Shown: piece by piece, positions 50,433 through 63,677 of the stretch
Position numbering within the stretch: the stretch's first letter is position 1
Layout: each line of letters opens with the position of its first letter
Source: Eledone cirrhosa
Taxonomy: Eukaryota
Length of the DNA: 64,000 nucleotides
Assembly (NCBI GenBank): GCA_964016885.1
Contig: OZ024746.1
Location: 25,544,001-25,608,000, forward strand
Reading direction: 5' to 3'
Made by a program: the position numbers and the translations under genes
The notes under the pieces: model-generated
What the model saw: the letters and a program-made list of their open reading frames with translations, nothing else
Told to the model about the DNA's origin: nothing
The model's database searches: none

Positions 50433-50657
50433 CTCAGCAGTAGCGATTCCCATTTTTTCAGAATCATAGATCGAAGCCAAAGCATTTCGAGTACTTTCAA
50501 GTTGTCGAATTTCTGATTCTTCTGCTTTCGATAAGAGTTGCTGAGGGCTTTCATAGCTGTTAGATCCAAATTGGTTTCTATTTGGGTGCCTGGAACCTCT
50601 TAGAAATTCTTCATCAAGTTCATCATCAACGAAAAAGGGATTCGATTTATTGGCCAT
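50433..50657 (-). CDS. SNAP29: SNAP29 coding exon 1
   Basis: MANKSNPFF (NPF motif)..LESTRNALASIYDSEKMGIATAE; GTGAAT donor; total CDS 798 nt. Confidence 0.92.
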
Positions 50658-52839
50658 AATTCAATAAATAACAACTCTCCAATAACCAACTTGTTGACAT
50701 CACACTTCCTGCACTCCCATATATAGAGAACATCTACTGTTATCTCCCTTGAATAGAATCTTTTTGTCCCAGTAAATACTCTTATATAATCTACTAGTAG
50801 TAGTACCTGACATTGCTCGGGAAAAGGATGATTCAATCAGTAGACAATTTCTTGGAAAATAATAATTGCAACTCTCCATAAATATATTATGTGAAACACG
50901 TTCATATTCAGTGTGCGTGTACGTATTTGACCCGTGTACAATTCGACAAATAGAGACCGATAATAAGTAATAGATTGAAATAAGTTCTGGCATCAATATG
51001 ATCGTCGAAATTCTTTAAGACGTTTCCCTGTAAGACTGCAGATCTGTCGAATGACAAACCAAATCGGTGAAAGATCTGATTCATTTTTATAGTTATTGTT
51101 CATTTGCTTTGTTGACTATGTGTATGGAACTAAAACATCACTATTTAGTGCACCCCACCACCCTTAAACATGAACAGCATGCAATTAGAAGAGTCATCAC
51201 TTTCGCTCCTAATGCCAGGTTATATTGTAACTAAGGGTCTCTCATGACAAATGCACATCCAAAACATAGCTAGAAGTACATCTCACAGACTGACCCTTCT
51301 CTCCAGAGCTACAAAATACTTCAACACCAAACAACAATATTTGAAGTAGTGCTACCTTTTCAACTCCCCTATCTCCCCACACATCCATGGCAACAACTCA
51401 ACCAAGCCTTTTCCCTTTTTTCCTCACATATCCATGACAACAGCCCTACCCTCTCCTTTATCCTTACATATCCATGACAACAACCCTACCGTCTCCCTCT
51501 TCAACTCTCCCTTCTCTCCATATATCCATGACAACTCAACCATGCCTTCTACCTCTTCAACTTCTCCTTCCCCTCACACATCCATGACAGCAACCATAAT
51601 CTATACCCATTCATCCCACAACACTCAAATCCAACACCCCTACTACACTTAAACCTGACCCCTACTTCACCAAAAATACCCCCCCCCCCCCCTACTATCT
51701 TACATCTCAAACTCAATGAGGATGAAACATAAAAATAAACTGCAAAAAGATTTGAATTCAGACAATAAAGGATGATATGCACTGATAATTTAGATTATTT
51801 CATCTAAATTTACCTTGAATTTACATGACTGAATGTAAATCAGTTTAAACCAAACAAACATGAAATTTACAGTTCATAGTTATGTAGGTTTAGCTGGCTT
51901 CATAGGAGATACAACCTCATAGGAGGTTTCCTGGGTGTTTTAATGATAGCTGCCCCAGTTGTTGTTACAGCTTACACCTGTGTAGCTTAACCCTTTAGTA
52001 TTTAAACTGGCCGTATCCTGCCAGAATTCTCTAACCTCTTTCTGTTCAAGCTGGCCATAACTGGCCACTCATACTCATGTTAAGATATTATTCTCAAAAT
52101 AAATAATATCAAAATCTTGTAGATTCGATATTATGTGAGATAATTATGTAAGATAGAGCCTTTACCACAAAAATACAATAGTATATATATTGAGTAATAT
52201 AAATGCTAAAGGGTTAATAAGCTAGCCCCCTTGGAGGCTTCTTGGGTGTATTAATGATAGGGGACCCAGTCCTATCATGTATAGTAATATGAAACAAAGC
52301 ATCTCACTTGAAAATACAGTGCCGCCTGGTCCAACACTCGAACTACTCCATACACAACAGTAGACTGTACTTACAACAGTAGACCGTAATTACTCCCACC
52401 TTTTGCTGTTCAGATTGGCATTTATTCTCAGGATGTCTTGGAAACCATTCCCCCTCAATTCCATTCCTTTTTCAGAATCTAGTCAGTTTTCATTGTCTGA
52501 ATATAGAGCTGGACCACGCTGAGAACTTAGTCTAACATACAAATGAAGTATTCAAATAGGCCTTCTATGATCATCAGTAACCATGGATTTGCACCTAGAA
52601 AATTCCCTCTCCAAGATGCAAGCTTGGGTAAGGTATATGTGGAAGACCAATAGTTGCTCATGCATACATGCCTCTCCTCTCCCTCAATATCAAAGGGAAA
52701 AGTAAAGGTTGATAACTTGTATATATACTATATACACACTATAATACCCATATATATTCACAATATAAAATTGAAGTGGTTTGACCTTAGACTTTTGTGA
52801 AGATGGCGACTGAGCATTCCTTAAACACATGTATTCTTA

Positions 52840-53030
52840 ACACAAACATATGATCTCCTACCTCTCCAGACCTGAATCCATTGGACTACTATGTCAAGAA
52901 GGAAGTCAATTAACACTATAAAATCTCTGAAGTCCACCATAACTAGAACAATGATAAAAATCATCTGAATCAGGCATGTCGACATTTCAGACCTCATATT
53001 GAAGCAGTCATTATTAATGGCGGATTCATT
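52840..53030 (+). mobile_element. Tc1/mariner transposase relic
   Basis: PTSPDLNPLDYYV motif. Confidence 0.6.
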
Positions 53031-53473
53031 GAGAAGAGTCTCAAGATTATTCATGCTCATCTTTCATGACTAATATGTCTTTTACTAAATTCATGCAAAT
53101 GTCCTAAAAAAAACTGAGCAACAGTGTATTTTGAAATGTAGTGATGTCTCAGTTTAGCTGACTACAGAGGACCTCAGTTCAGTTGACTATAGAGGACCCC
53201 AGACCAACCATTTTAATTGCCTCATCACGGTCTCACACAGAAAATGGATAAGAGGAAAGGAAAGTAAAATAACAAGAAAGAATGTCAAATTTTTGTGAAT
53301 TGATTTATGTTTGAAAGTTGTTATGAACATAGAAAGTATGAAAGATACAGGAATACGGGAAATAGAAAAGTGACAGACATTACATGTTTTATATTAAAAA
53401 CTTATGTCAATGTTAAGACATTTCAATCACAATACATTGTATGTATGTATAAATCTGTGTGTATGTATGCATA

Positions 53474-53512
<39 letters not shown>

Positions 53513-53889
53513 ACATACATATACACACACATTATATATATACACACACACACAACACACAGTTAGTCCTTGCTGCTGGCGGAAAGTAGGAAGCACAACG
53601 GTGCTGTTTTTAGTAAAATATTTCTGCTCAACAGGTAAGAGATACCAATGATCACAGACCATATACCAAAGAATTACAGGTAAATATTTATAACATTTAT
53701 TGTTAAGAATTTGTACGTATTGGCACATTCCATTGTTTTGAAATACAGAGTTGGAAAAAATATGTATATGTACGCGTACATTCACTCACAAGAAATAATT
53801 TAATTCATTTGCTTCTCAAAACATTACAAAATCTTATTCATTTGAATTAATTATTTTTCTGGGTATTTAAAAAAAAAATTAAATAATGA

Positions 53890-54744
53890 CATTTTCTTAT
53901 TTAGGCATGAGGCCAGCAACTTTTTTTGAGGAAGGGAAAAGTTGATCTAATCAATCCCTGTACTTATCTGGTATTTTATTTTATCAACCTTGGAAGGATG
54001 TAAAGTAAAATTGACCTCCATGGGATTTGAATTCAGAATGTAAAGAGTCAAAATAATTCAAAGAATTTTATCTGACACTCTACTGATTCTACCAATTCAC
54101 TGCCGTTGATAATATGAACTTCTAATTTAGGCACAAGGCCAGCAATTTGGGTTGGAGTAGAAGTTGATTATATCAACCTCAGTTCTTTACAGGTAACTTT
54201 ATTTTATTGACCCCCAGAGGATAAAAGGTGAAGGTGACCTCAGCAATTTTTGAACTTAGAATGTAAAGAACCATTCATAAATACCATAATGCAGTTTGTC
54301 CAATGGTCTAACAAGTCTACTAATCCATTGCCCTTTAAGGTTTCTAACATAAGCACAAGGCCAACAATTTGGGAGTGAATGGCACTAGTATGTGACTGGT
54401 ACATTATTTTATTGACCCTAGAAAGACAAAAGGCAAAGTTGACTTCAGAATGTAAAGAGCCAAAATAAATACTGCAAAGCATTTTGTATGACCCTCTAAC
54501 AAATTTGATAATCCATTGATCTTCATAATGGTTTCTGATTTAGGCATAAGGCCAACAATTTGAGGGGAAGAGAAAATCGATTAAATCGATCCCAGTGCAT
54601 TACTGGTGCTTTATTTTATCATCCCTATTAAGATGAAAAGCAAAGCTAACCTTAGCGGGATTTGAACTTAGAACGTGAAGGGCTGTAACTCTATGCTGCA
54701 AAGCATGTTGTCCGACGCTCTACGAATACTGTTAATCCATCGCC

Positions 54745-54775
<31 letters not shown>

Positions 54776-54995
54776 GGTTTCTTCTATAGGCACAAGGCCA
54801 GCAATTTTGGGGGCGGGGGAAAATCGATTAAATCGACCCTAGTATGTTACTGGTACTTTATTTTATCGACCCCTGTAAGGATGAAAGGCAAAGTTAACCT
54901 TGGTGGGATTTGAACTCAAAATGGCAAGGGTCGTAACTCTATACGTCAAAGCATGGCGTCCAACCCTCTACCGATACTGCCAATCCACCGTCCAC
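53890..54995 (-). mobile_element. Cluster of about 5-6 co-oriented SINE copies of different ages
   Basis: Repeated GGCACAAGGCCAGCAA..TTTATCGACCC..GGATTTGAACTCA units. Confidence 0.85.
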
Positions 54996-55306
54996 TTAAT
55001 AACAATAGATAATGATATCTTAATCATCTTTACCTTAAAATAATACATTTTTATTTCAAACTGATAAAAAATACTGACAGGGTTATTATTTTTTTTAGTT
55101 CAATCTGAGAAAATTGTTAAAAATAAAATTAAAAATAAAATTTTAATTTGCTTAAAGAAATAATGTAATTTTTTTAATTAATTTATAATTTATTCATGGA
55201 TTTTGTTTTACAATAGAATATTTCATTGCATAGGAGGAATAAGAAGAGACCTGCCAAGGTAGAGAAAGAAGCTGATAACAAACAGAAAACACACATATAC
55301 ATATAT

Positions 55307-55338
<32 letters not shown>

Positions 55339-55627
55339 CCAACAGGTATAGGTACACAGAATCATACACAGATAACCTGGGGTAGGCTTCACTTTATATA
55401 TATATATATATATACATAAACACATGGTCCCAGTATATCCATAACATATGCAGCTGATACCTGTATATACATCACACACACACACATGACACCATATATA
55501 CATACAGATGGTTTGAAGTTGTGTCAAGGGAGAAGTTAGAGTCAAATAGAGAGCAAAGCATAACATCTTTGAAAAGTACAAAACTTTTTAATACAAAAGA
55601 CCAATAGTTCACATTACTTTAACACAG

Positions 55628-55665
<38 letters not shown>

Positions 55666-55839
55666 GCATGCACACATACATACATACATGCACATATATA
55701 TATATATATATATTTATGTAGAATATAAATAAGTCTCACAGTTGATTAATTTGGAATTCACAAATACAAATCCCCTTCAAGTTTCCATATCTAAAAATCT
55801 CATTGTTAGAATTCTACAAAATATGTCTTGCTCATGAGA

Positions 55840-56150
55840 AAGCGCATGGCTTAATGGTTAGGAAGTTTTGCTCACGATTGTAAGATCATGAGTTCAATTC
55901 CCGGCAACGCGTTGTGGCCTTAAGCAAGACATTTTATTTTACTTTGATTCAGTCCACTCAGCAAGCAAAAGTGAGTTGTACATATAATTCAAAAGGCCAG
56001 CCTTGTCAACACTGTGTCATGCTGAACTATCCTGAGAACTACATTAAGGGTACACATGTCTGTGGAATGCTCAGCCACTTGTATGTTAGCTTTATGAGTA
56101 GGAAATTCCATTGATCAAACAACTGGCACACTCGTCAAAACCGACAGAGA
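55840..56150 (+). mobile_element. Second tRNA-headed SINE family
   Basis: TGGCTTAATGG A box, GAGTTCAATTCC B box; related inverted copy at about 41950-42235. Confidence 0.7.
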
Positions 56151-56459
56151 TCAAATACATGCCCCATTAGTAGATCAATTCCATGAGACAAATTAGTTTG
56201 TAACCACACCTTACATCTTGTAAAAGACACGAGAGACTCATCCTAAGTTCTTGGTCATATTCACTGGGAATTTACCTTCTTTCTAAAGAGTAATAAATAA
56301 TTACAGCTTAACAAAGAAAACAATAATAAATTTAAAAATAATTAGCTGTCTGGAAGAATTTTGAAAAAGTTTGCACAACCAAATAGTTTTGTGTATTTTT
56401 CTTCCTCTCTTAATTTATTAAGTGTATGTATGTAGCTATATATGTATATCATATACATG

Positions 56460-56503
<44 letters not shown>

Positions 56504-56659
56504 TATATATAAATGAAAATATATATATTCTATTTTATGTATTGAGTACTTTGCCTTAAGTTGTGGTTCTCTCTATTTCAAATGGAATCATTGATATATA
56601 TATATATGCTAGCAAGGAATATATATATATATATATTCTCCAATCCTAGGAAAGCTTCA

Positions 56660-57140
56660 TATAAGTAGTTGATTAATAGAATAAGAATAGGATAGAAAAC
56701 GTTCAAGGGGCTATTGCTTCTGTTGACAACAAAAGTTTTCTCTATATGAATGAAAGAGCAGTTGTATGATGCTTGCATGCAATGCTGGATGATAGTGAGA
56801 CATAGGCAATGAATGCAAAGGATATGCAAGAGCTGGAGAGAAATTAAACAAGCTTTGATGGATATTTAATGTTAACGTGTATAAATGACAAAACACGAGA
56901 AGACTGCACTAGTTTGGTTAAGTGATGTGTTTGGATAATAATTATTGGCTGAAGAAATACTAAGAGATCCCAGTGGAAGGAAACTGCAATAGAGGAAGAC
57001 TTGGGTGGGTGAAGGTGGTGAGAGCTGATCTCAATCACTGAGCCCCAAGAAGAGATGAAGGAATGCAACAGGTAGCGTGAAGTGGTGATGGAAAAGGCTC
57101 ATAACATTGCAAGCATGGAAAAGTAGATGTAAAATGATGG
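56660..57140 (+). mobile_element. Degenerate RTE 3' fragment
   Basis: LYDAC..SET and GRPRKTW-like remnants followed by a GAT tail. Confidence 0.6.
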
Positions 57141-57185
57141 TGATATGTGTGCTTATCTGGCAGGGAAAATAGACATTAAATAATG

Positions 57186-57227
<42 letters not shown>

Positions 57228-58910
57228 CAGATACACACACAATGGTGAGATCTGATGGAAGCAAGGATGCAAGGACTATGATAATGACGATGATGTTGAT
57301 GATAATGGGACATCATCAGCTGCTAAGTGGAATGCTTCTTCAAAAATTATTAAATAGTTCCTACACTTATAGTGTTTATATTGCATGTACCAATGCCTGT
57401 GAAGGCAAGTGGTTTAGTAGTTAGGATGTTCGGTTCATGGTCATAATGAGTTTGATTCTCAGAATGGGCAATGTGTCATGTCCTTGAGCAAGACACTTCA
57501 TATCATGTCATTCCAGTCCACTCAGCTGGAAAAATTAGTACCAGCAGCAAATTAATCATGTGATGGACTGCTGTCCTGTCCAAGGGTGAGTCTTATACTT
57601 TCAGTCACTTAACACCTCATGAAACCAGGATAAATACCAGCTTGACAAGTCTCTGAGTTTAGGAGAGACTAACTCTTGTGGGAACGATAGAATATTTTGA
57701 TGGCACAAATAAGAGATAGTCAATGAGGGTTAGCCAATGTGAAGTTATTGCTAGTTGGAAACTATATAAAGGATAACACATACTCTTATTTTGTTTAAAA
57801 CCTGAATGATATGGCTAATAAGAAAATGAAATTGGCAGGAAAACAAGTACTCATGGCTCCACATTTACTTTGATAATATCATTTTTCACTGTCAGATATG
57901 GGCATTGAAAGTTGCAACCCATTTAGGAGAACAGTAGCTCTGAATAAATAAAACTGTACAGGGTTGACGTGGTCCCTGTATGGCAGCCAGTCCAGGAGAA
58001 CAGTTACTCTGAATTAAAACTTATACAGAGTAGAGAGGACCATTAATTCCTGACAGACAACCTCTTTAGGCATGATAAAATGCACTCAATCCATGCTGTA
58101 AAGTGGTTGGTAAAAGAAGGGCATCCTGACAGAAATCATGACTAGCAGAAAATTTCTGCATATTTAAGTATAAAATTAGCCCCACTGGGTTGTGGCTCAC
58201 TGAACAAATATTTCAGTTCCACATAAGAGAGATCAATACGAAACATGACACCTATTTAAAACTTCCACACCACTTCACAATATTTGAGCAATGGAATAAT
58301 TTCAATGAGGAGCTTGATTGTGTGTATGAGATGGGGATGAAAGTGCTTTAAAATAATTATTAAATGAAAAGATAACATTTAAAACTGCTGAAGCAATAGC
58401 GACATCAAAAATAAAACAACAAGCATAGTTTAAGGCCATTATCCTTGCTAAAGCAGAGGTTAACTTTACCAGCTCCATGACAGGCTTCATGACCATCATG
58501 GAGTCCATTTTGAGACAATTTTTTTTCATCTAGATGTCCTTTCTGGTGCCAATATGCTACATCAAAAAGAATGGCATAAAAAATTCAAAAGAGACTTGAA
58601 GTAACAGGGCAAGAAGGACAGGGAAAATGTCTGCTTTAAGCTCTTCTGATAAGGGCTTTAGATAGGTAAATCTCAGGTAATGAAGCTTCCTCTATCTGGG
58701 AACAACCACATGGAAATAGCAGTAAATAAAAGAAGTATGTCAACAGAACCAAAGGCATGATGTAAGCAAGCCAAGCCTAAATAATGTAAGAGAGAAACCG
58801 ATGCTGGCAGCTACACAAGAAAATGTGAATGTTATAAAGAGCTTGAACTCAAAGAAACCAACATTAGAAGTTGGATTGAAAATAATACAAAATTATTATT
58901 TATTATTAAC

Positions 58911-59156
58911 CCTTTTGATATCAAACTGTCTAAATACACTCATGATTCTATGATACAGAGCAGTTTAAATTTAAAGTGTTTATATTAATCTAAAAACTTT
59001 CCGTCATAATTTTTATGTAAGGACCGTTAAGTTAGGTTCCAAACATCAGTTACATACGGAGAAAGTTAGTTATCCTTCCAAAATTCTTGATTACTTTGAA
59101 AACCACTTGAAAATAAATAGGCTGTGTCTTTCATTAGAAATACGATAAGGAAAGGG
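58911..59156. mobile_element. piggyBac-like MITE (TTAA target)
   Basis: TTAA|CCCTTT..AAAGGG|TTAA; related copies at about 16281, 44053, 46721 and 51988. Confidence 0.7.
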
Positions 59157-61663
59157 TTAAAGATTTATCACAAACTAAAGCTGCATAGTGTAGGACTTTA
59201 GTCAATTTTGAGATCACTGGGAAGCAAAAGGTTTTCTGAGGAAAAGACTATGTTAGATGAGTTGCAAGGTCTAATATATGTTTTTGTTATGAGAAAAACT
59301 GTTTTATATGTTGTTATGTTACTCAGTTATAATGGATGGTGGTGCACTTACTTTTTTGAGGGAAAGAGGTTTCCTGAAGCTTGAATTATTTTGAGGGCCC
59401 CTCTGGGATTAGAGGTCCCTGAAGCTTAAACTAATTCTGGGATTCCTCTGTTAATAGGGTCCCAGGAGCTTAAACTATTTCAAGGGCCTCTCTGGGACTC
59501 CTCTGGGGTTAGAGGTCCCTGAAACTTCAGCTTCATAGTAGATCCACACCTGGGTATAAGTAGAAATCTTATTTGGTAACAATCCTACACGCTGAATCCC
59601 AGACATTCCCAGGTAATATCATATAACCTGGAACATTTAGGTGTACAAAGAAGTCTGATTAGCTAACATATGATCCTGCAGACTTTCCCAGTTAATATCA
59701 TATCATCTAGCATACCTGGAAGTAGTTGTTCTTTTGGAAGATATCAAAATCAGTGACCTTCAGTTGTCAGTTGACAATTAGAATGTCCTCTCATCACCAT
59801 CATCATCATTGTTTTACATTTGTTTTCTATGATGACATAGGTTAGATATATTATCACAGTCACAGACTAGACAGGGCAGATGAGCATGTTTTATTTATAC
59901 ATTCCATTTTGGCATGGTTTCTACAGTTGGATGTCCTTCATAGTGCCAGTCATTTTACATAGGGTATTGTACTGTAAGATTATAGATTCCACTGAGGCAC
60001 CATTTATATAATTTCGCAAAGAACGATACACAAGAGGGATTTCTAGTTAAACCATCTTCATGAAAGAATAGATCCTAGAAATTTTTTTTATTAGTACACA
60101 TAATACTGACAATTGAGTCCATGGAAGCACATAGCTGTGACATAGCAAACTGCTAATAGCAGGATTGAATTCACAACACTTTGTACATTTTCAAAAATTT
60201 ACATCACAATTTTAAGTTTCCCCCCACAAAAATTGATATCAGATGATTAGTGTCATTTAAAAAAATCTGGGGAAATTCTCAATGCTCATAACTGCTGCCA
60301 GATCTTCTAAGACTGCCTAATTCAGAGTTAAAGATTGGATTTTAAATATAGTACATTTCATAAATATTCAGTATACTCTTCCTTGTTTGAAGTGAAATCT
60401 ATGCTAATTCATACACACATTCTCTCTGTATACAACATTCTGAATTCTTTTCTGAGATGACGAGAAAACAGTTCCCACAACAATAATTAACAAAGGACTA
60501 ATCAGTTCAAGGAACTGATCATTAGATTGAACCAGGGAACCAATGTTTCTATGAGTCTTTCCACTATTGATACTTTCTGTTGGTTACAATTACTGACAGA
60601 AGGAAGGAGCAGACAACAAATCAGAACAAGGAAACAATGTTTCGACTGGTATTTCCATTGCTGATACAATACAGTTGGTCACAATTCCTGGCAGAAGAAA
60701 GGAGCTGATTGTCAGATTAGACCAGGGAAACTGTGCTTCCATTGGTCTTTCTATTGCTAATACTATTTGCAGGTCACAACTCCTGGCAGGAGGTAAGATT
60801 GAACTCAGGACTCACAATACTAGATCAGACACCACAAAGCAACTCATCTGACTCTTTAACAATTCCGCCAATCCACCACTTTGGACTGGTAGTATATTTC
60901 ACAACCCCTTGGTGAAATTTGAACTCAGAGCATAGTGAACCAGAACAGATACTGAGGCATTTAACTCCAGGCTCTTATGACTTTGCCAATTCACTGCCTA
61001 TGTTCAATGATGAAAGAGAGAGGGGGAGAAAGGAGAGAGAAGAGAGAGTGAGTGAGACGTTATAGTTCTGGATGCAAATGTTGAATTTGATGGCAAGAAC
61101 GGATTAATCAATAAATATATTTTATAAGTTATAGATTAAAGATTATTGATTACCAATGATTTTATAAACTGTTTGCTATGTTTGTTCCTTTTCTATTTAA
61201 CTATTACTTGACTTTGTATAAACTTCCCTCTAAATTAAAATATAGACAGGATTAAGCCACCATAGTTGATGTAGCAGATAATCTTGTGAGATATGATTGG
61301 TTACCTGCTAGAATTATTAATAATAGTTATATAAAACATATACAACTATCAAAATAAAAATAACCTATACACATTTACTATAGATGGTTATGCGAGGAAA
61401 GCAACTGCTGTTAATTAAAACAAAAAAAGAAGTAAAATAATAACATAAATTTGAATATCAAGAAACTATAAGACAATTGATCTTTGTTCTTCTGATCACC
61501 TCTCAATCATCAATCATTGCTTCATACATATTGATCTTTGTTTTTTTTCTGATCACCTTTCAACTGTTAATCATTGGTTCAGATATGTTTGAAACGAGCA
61601 AGAGAGATATGGGTGGTAAATGGTTAAATAACAATACATTGATGGTTTCCCCCATGAAGTCTA

Positions 61664-61950
61664 TCAACTTGACAGTTTACTTTGAATTGTGTCAATGGCA
61701 CTTTTAATGAATAGAAGTCTTTGTTGTAGTTTTTTAAATGACATAGCTGTTATTTGTAGTTTACTGTCAACAGGTAGTATAGTAATCATCCACCACACCC
61801 AGGCAGGACCATTGGATGTGTCAAGTTCTGTAGATGATAACTTTGGAAGGCAACCATAGTGATCTGTAATTTCCCTTAACCTCTCCGGTTGGAGCAATTT
61901 TAACCATTCTTTACTCTTTTCATAAACTTCTCTTTCAAGATTCAACAGTT
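61664..61950 (-). CDS. Last coding exon of a LON peptidase N-terminal domain and RING finger (LONRF-family) protein
   Basis: HYGCLP..NGPAWVWWMITILPVDSKLQ..KLQQRL matches the LONRF C-terminus; CAG acceptor at 61951-61952; upstream exons lie outside the window. Confidence 0.85.
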
Positions 61951-62012
61951 CTGAAATATACAATAAATAAATAAATAAATAAATAAATAAACCAAACACA
62001 GACATACAAATA

Positions 62013-62297
62013 CAGTGGAACCTCGGTTCACAAACAATTTTTCTGAATATAAAACATCTTGGTTTACGAATGGTGTCTCGAGTAATGAATATGCAAGCCA
62101 ACAACAATGGTTGGCAACAAGCTTGGAGTATCAGCAGGAAAGCATCACTTGCTGTGTAGTTAGTTATGTCTTCCACACACAGTCTCTTTCTCTCTCTCTT
62201 ACTATTTCATATGGGAAAAATAATTTTGGTTTTCAAACATTTCGGATGACAAATGGCCTTCAGGGAGGAATTAAGTTCATGAACAGGTGTTCCACTA
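62013..62297. mobile_element. pogo/Tigger-like MITE
   Basis: TA|CAGTGGAACCTC..GGTGTTCCACT termini. Confidence 0.65.
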
Positions 62298-62319
62298 TAC
62301 TTAGGAATCAATAAACTAG

Positions 62320-63560
62320 ACAGGATGCAATAAACACAGATGAATGAAAAGATTAGAAAGGAATACTATAGATGGATTAAATTACTACTCAAAACAGAAC
62401 TAAATGCAAAAGATAAGGTTAATGGCATCTAGCGATACCAGTAATAAACTAGCAGAAATAGATAGAAAAACAAGAAAAATAATGACTTCATTTAGAATAT
62501 GCCATCCAAAATCAGATGTAGAAAAATTATACCTACCACAAACACAGGGAGGAAGGAGTCTTATGCAACTAGTAAACTATTATAAAAAAACTACTGTTGA
62601 ACTACGAATATATCTAATGAAAAACAAAGGAAAGTTAATAGAAATAGTCACAAAACAGGAGCAAAATAAAAAATTGTTGTCTTCAAGGAAGTCAACAAAT
62701 TTGAAACAAACTGGATTGACAGATAACTGAAGAAAATGAAAACAAAGAAGAAACAACAACAGGAATTGTGAAAAATCTAAAATCTAAATTGAAAACAGAC
62801 CTCCAGAATGCCACTAAAATGATGGCAAGAAAAACCCTTACATAGCCACTACCCCAAAAAGCTGTGAGCAAAACTCACAAAACTGGCTACGAAGGACTGG
62901 ACTAAAAGCCTAGATGAAAGGATTTCTAATTGCAGCACAAGATCAAAGCCTTCACACCAGAAACCACCAGAAGTGCATAATGAAGCAGAACACAGTAAGT
63001 AACTGCAGAATATGTGGAGGTGGAAAAGAAACAATTAACCACACTATCTCTGGCTGCCCAATCTTAGCCAAAAAGGAATATATCCACAGACATGATAGAG
63101 TTGGGATTTACATACCTTGGAAGTTATGCCAACACTCCAAAATACCAACAGAAAAACAATGGTACAGACATACATCAGGAAAGGTGTCAGAGACTGACAA
63201 AGCAACCATACTCAGATACACCAATACACAGACAGGGAGATCAAAGCCAACTGACTGGATATTATATTATTATATTCATAGACCACAAAGAAAAAGATGT
63301 CTTCTAATTGATTTATCAATCCCCACAGACGGCAATATATCTACGAAGGAAATGGAGAAACTAACCAAATATAAAAATCTAGAGATAGAAATAATGAGAA
63401 TGTGGATGATGAAAACAGAAACAATATTAATAGGTGTTCTTGGAATGATAAAAAAAGACACAGACAGATACATAACCAAAACCCACAAATACATACAGCA
63501 TACAAAAGAATAGCACTACTTAGGCATTGTACACATATTACAAAGAGTACTCTCAATGCA
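62320..63560 (+). mobile_element. R4/Dong-like non-LTR retrotransposon C-terminal fragment
   Basis: KLYLP..GGR, AAQDQSL, CCHC knuckle CRICG..H..SGC, RHDRV, REL endonuclease IDLSIP..EKLTKY; frameshifted. Confidence 0.85.
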
Positions 63561-63677
63561 ATAGAAACAACACCACCAAAAAGCACACAGCACATAGCCA
63601 CAGCAAACAGAACCGTATTCAATAATGCAGTGATGATGCACTATAAACATAAGACTAATACTAATAATCATAATAAT

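Larger units (their letters stand above)
9930..60400 (+). ncRNA. Putative very long structured antisense lncRNA (discontinuous structured blocks between repeats; ends uncertain)
   Basis: Dozens of 9-38 bp nested helices in unique DNA whose non-WC pairs are G-U on the + strand; see findings. No expression evidence available. Confidence 0.45.

Noticed and set aside
50981-51000. 20-nt similarity to SRP (7SL) RNA
   Set aside because: Flanks show no SRP similarity; chance match
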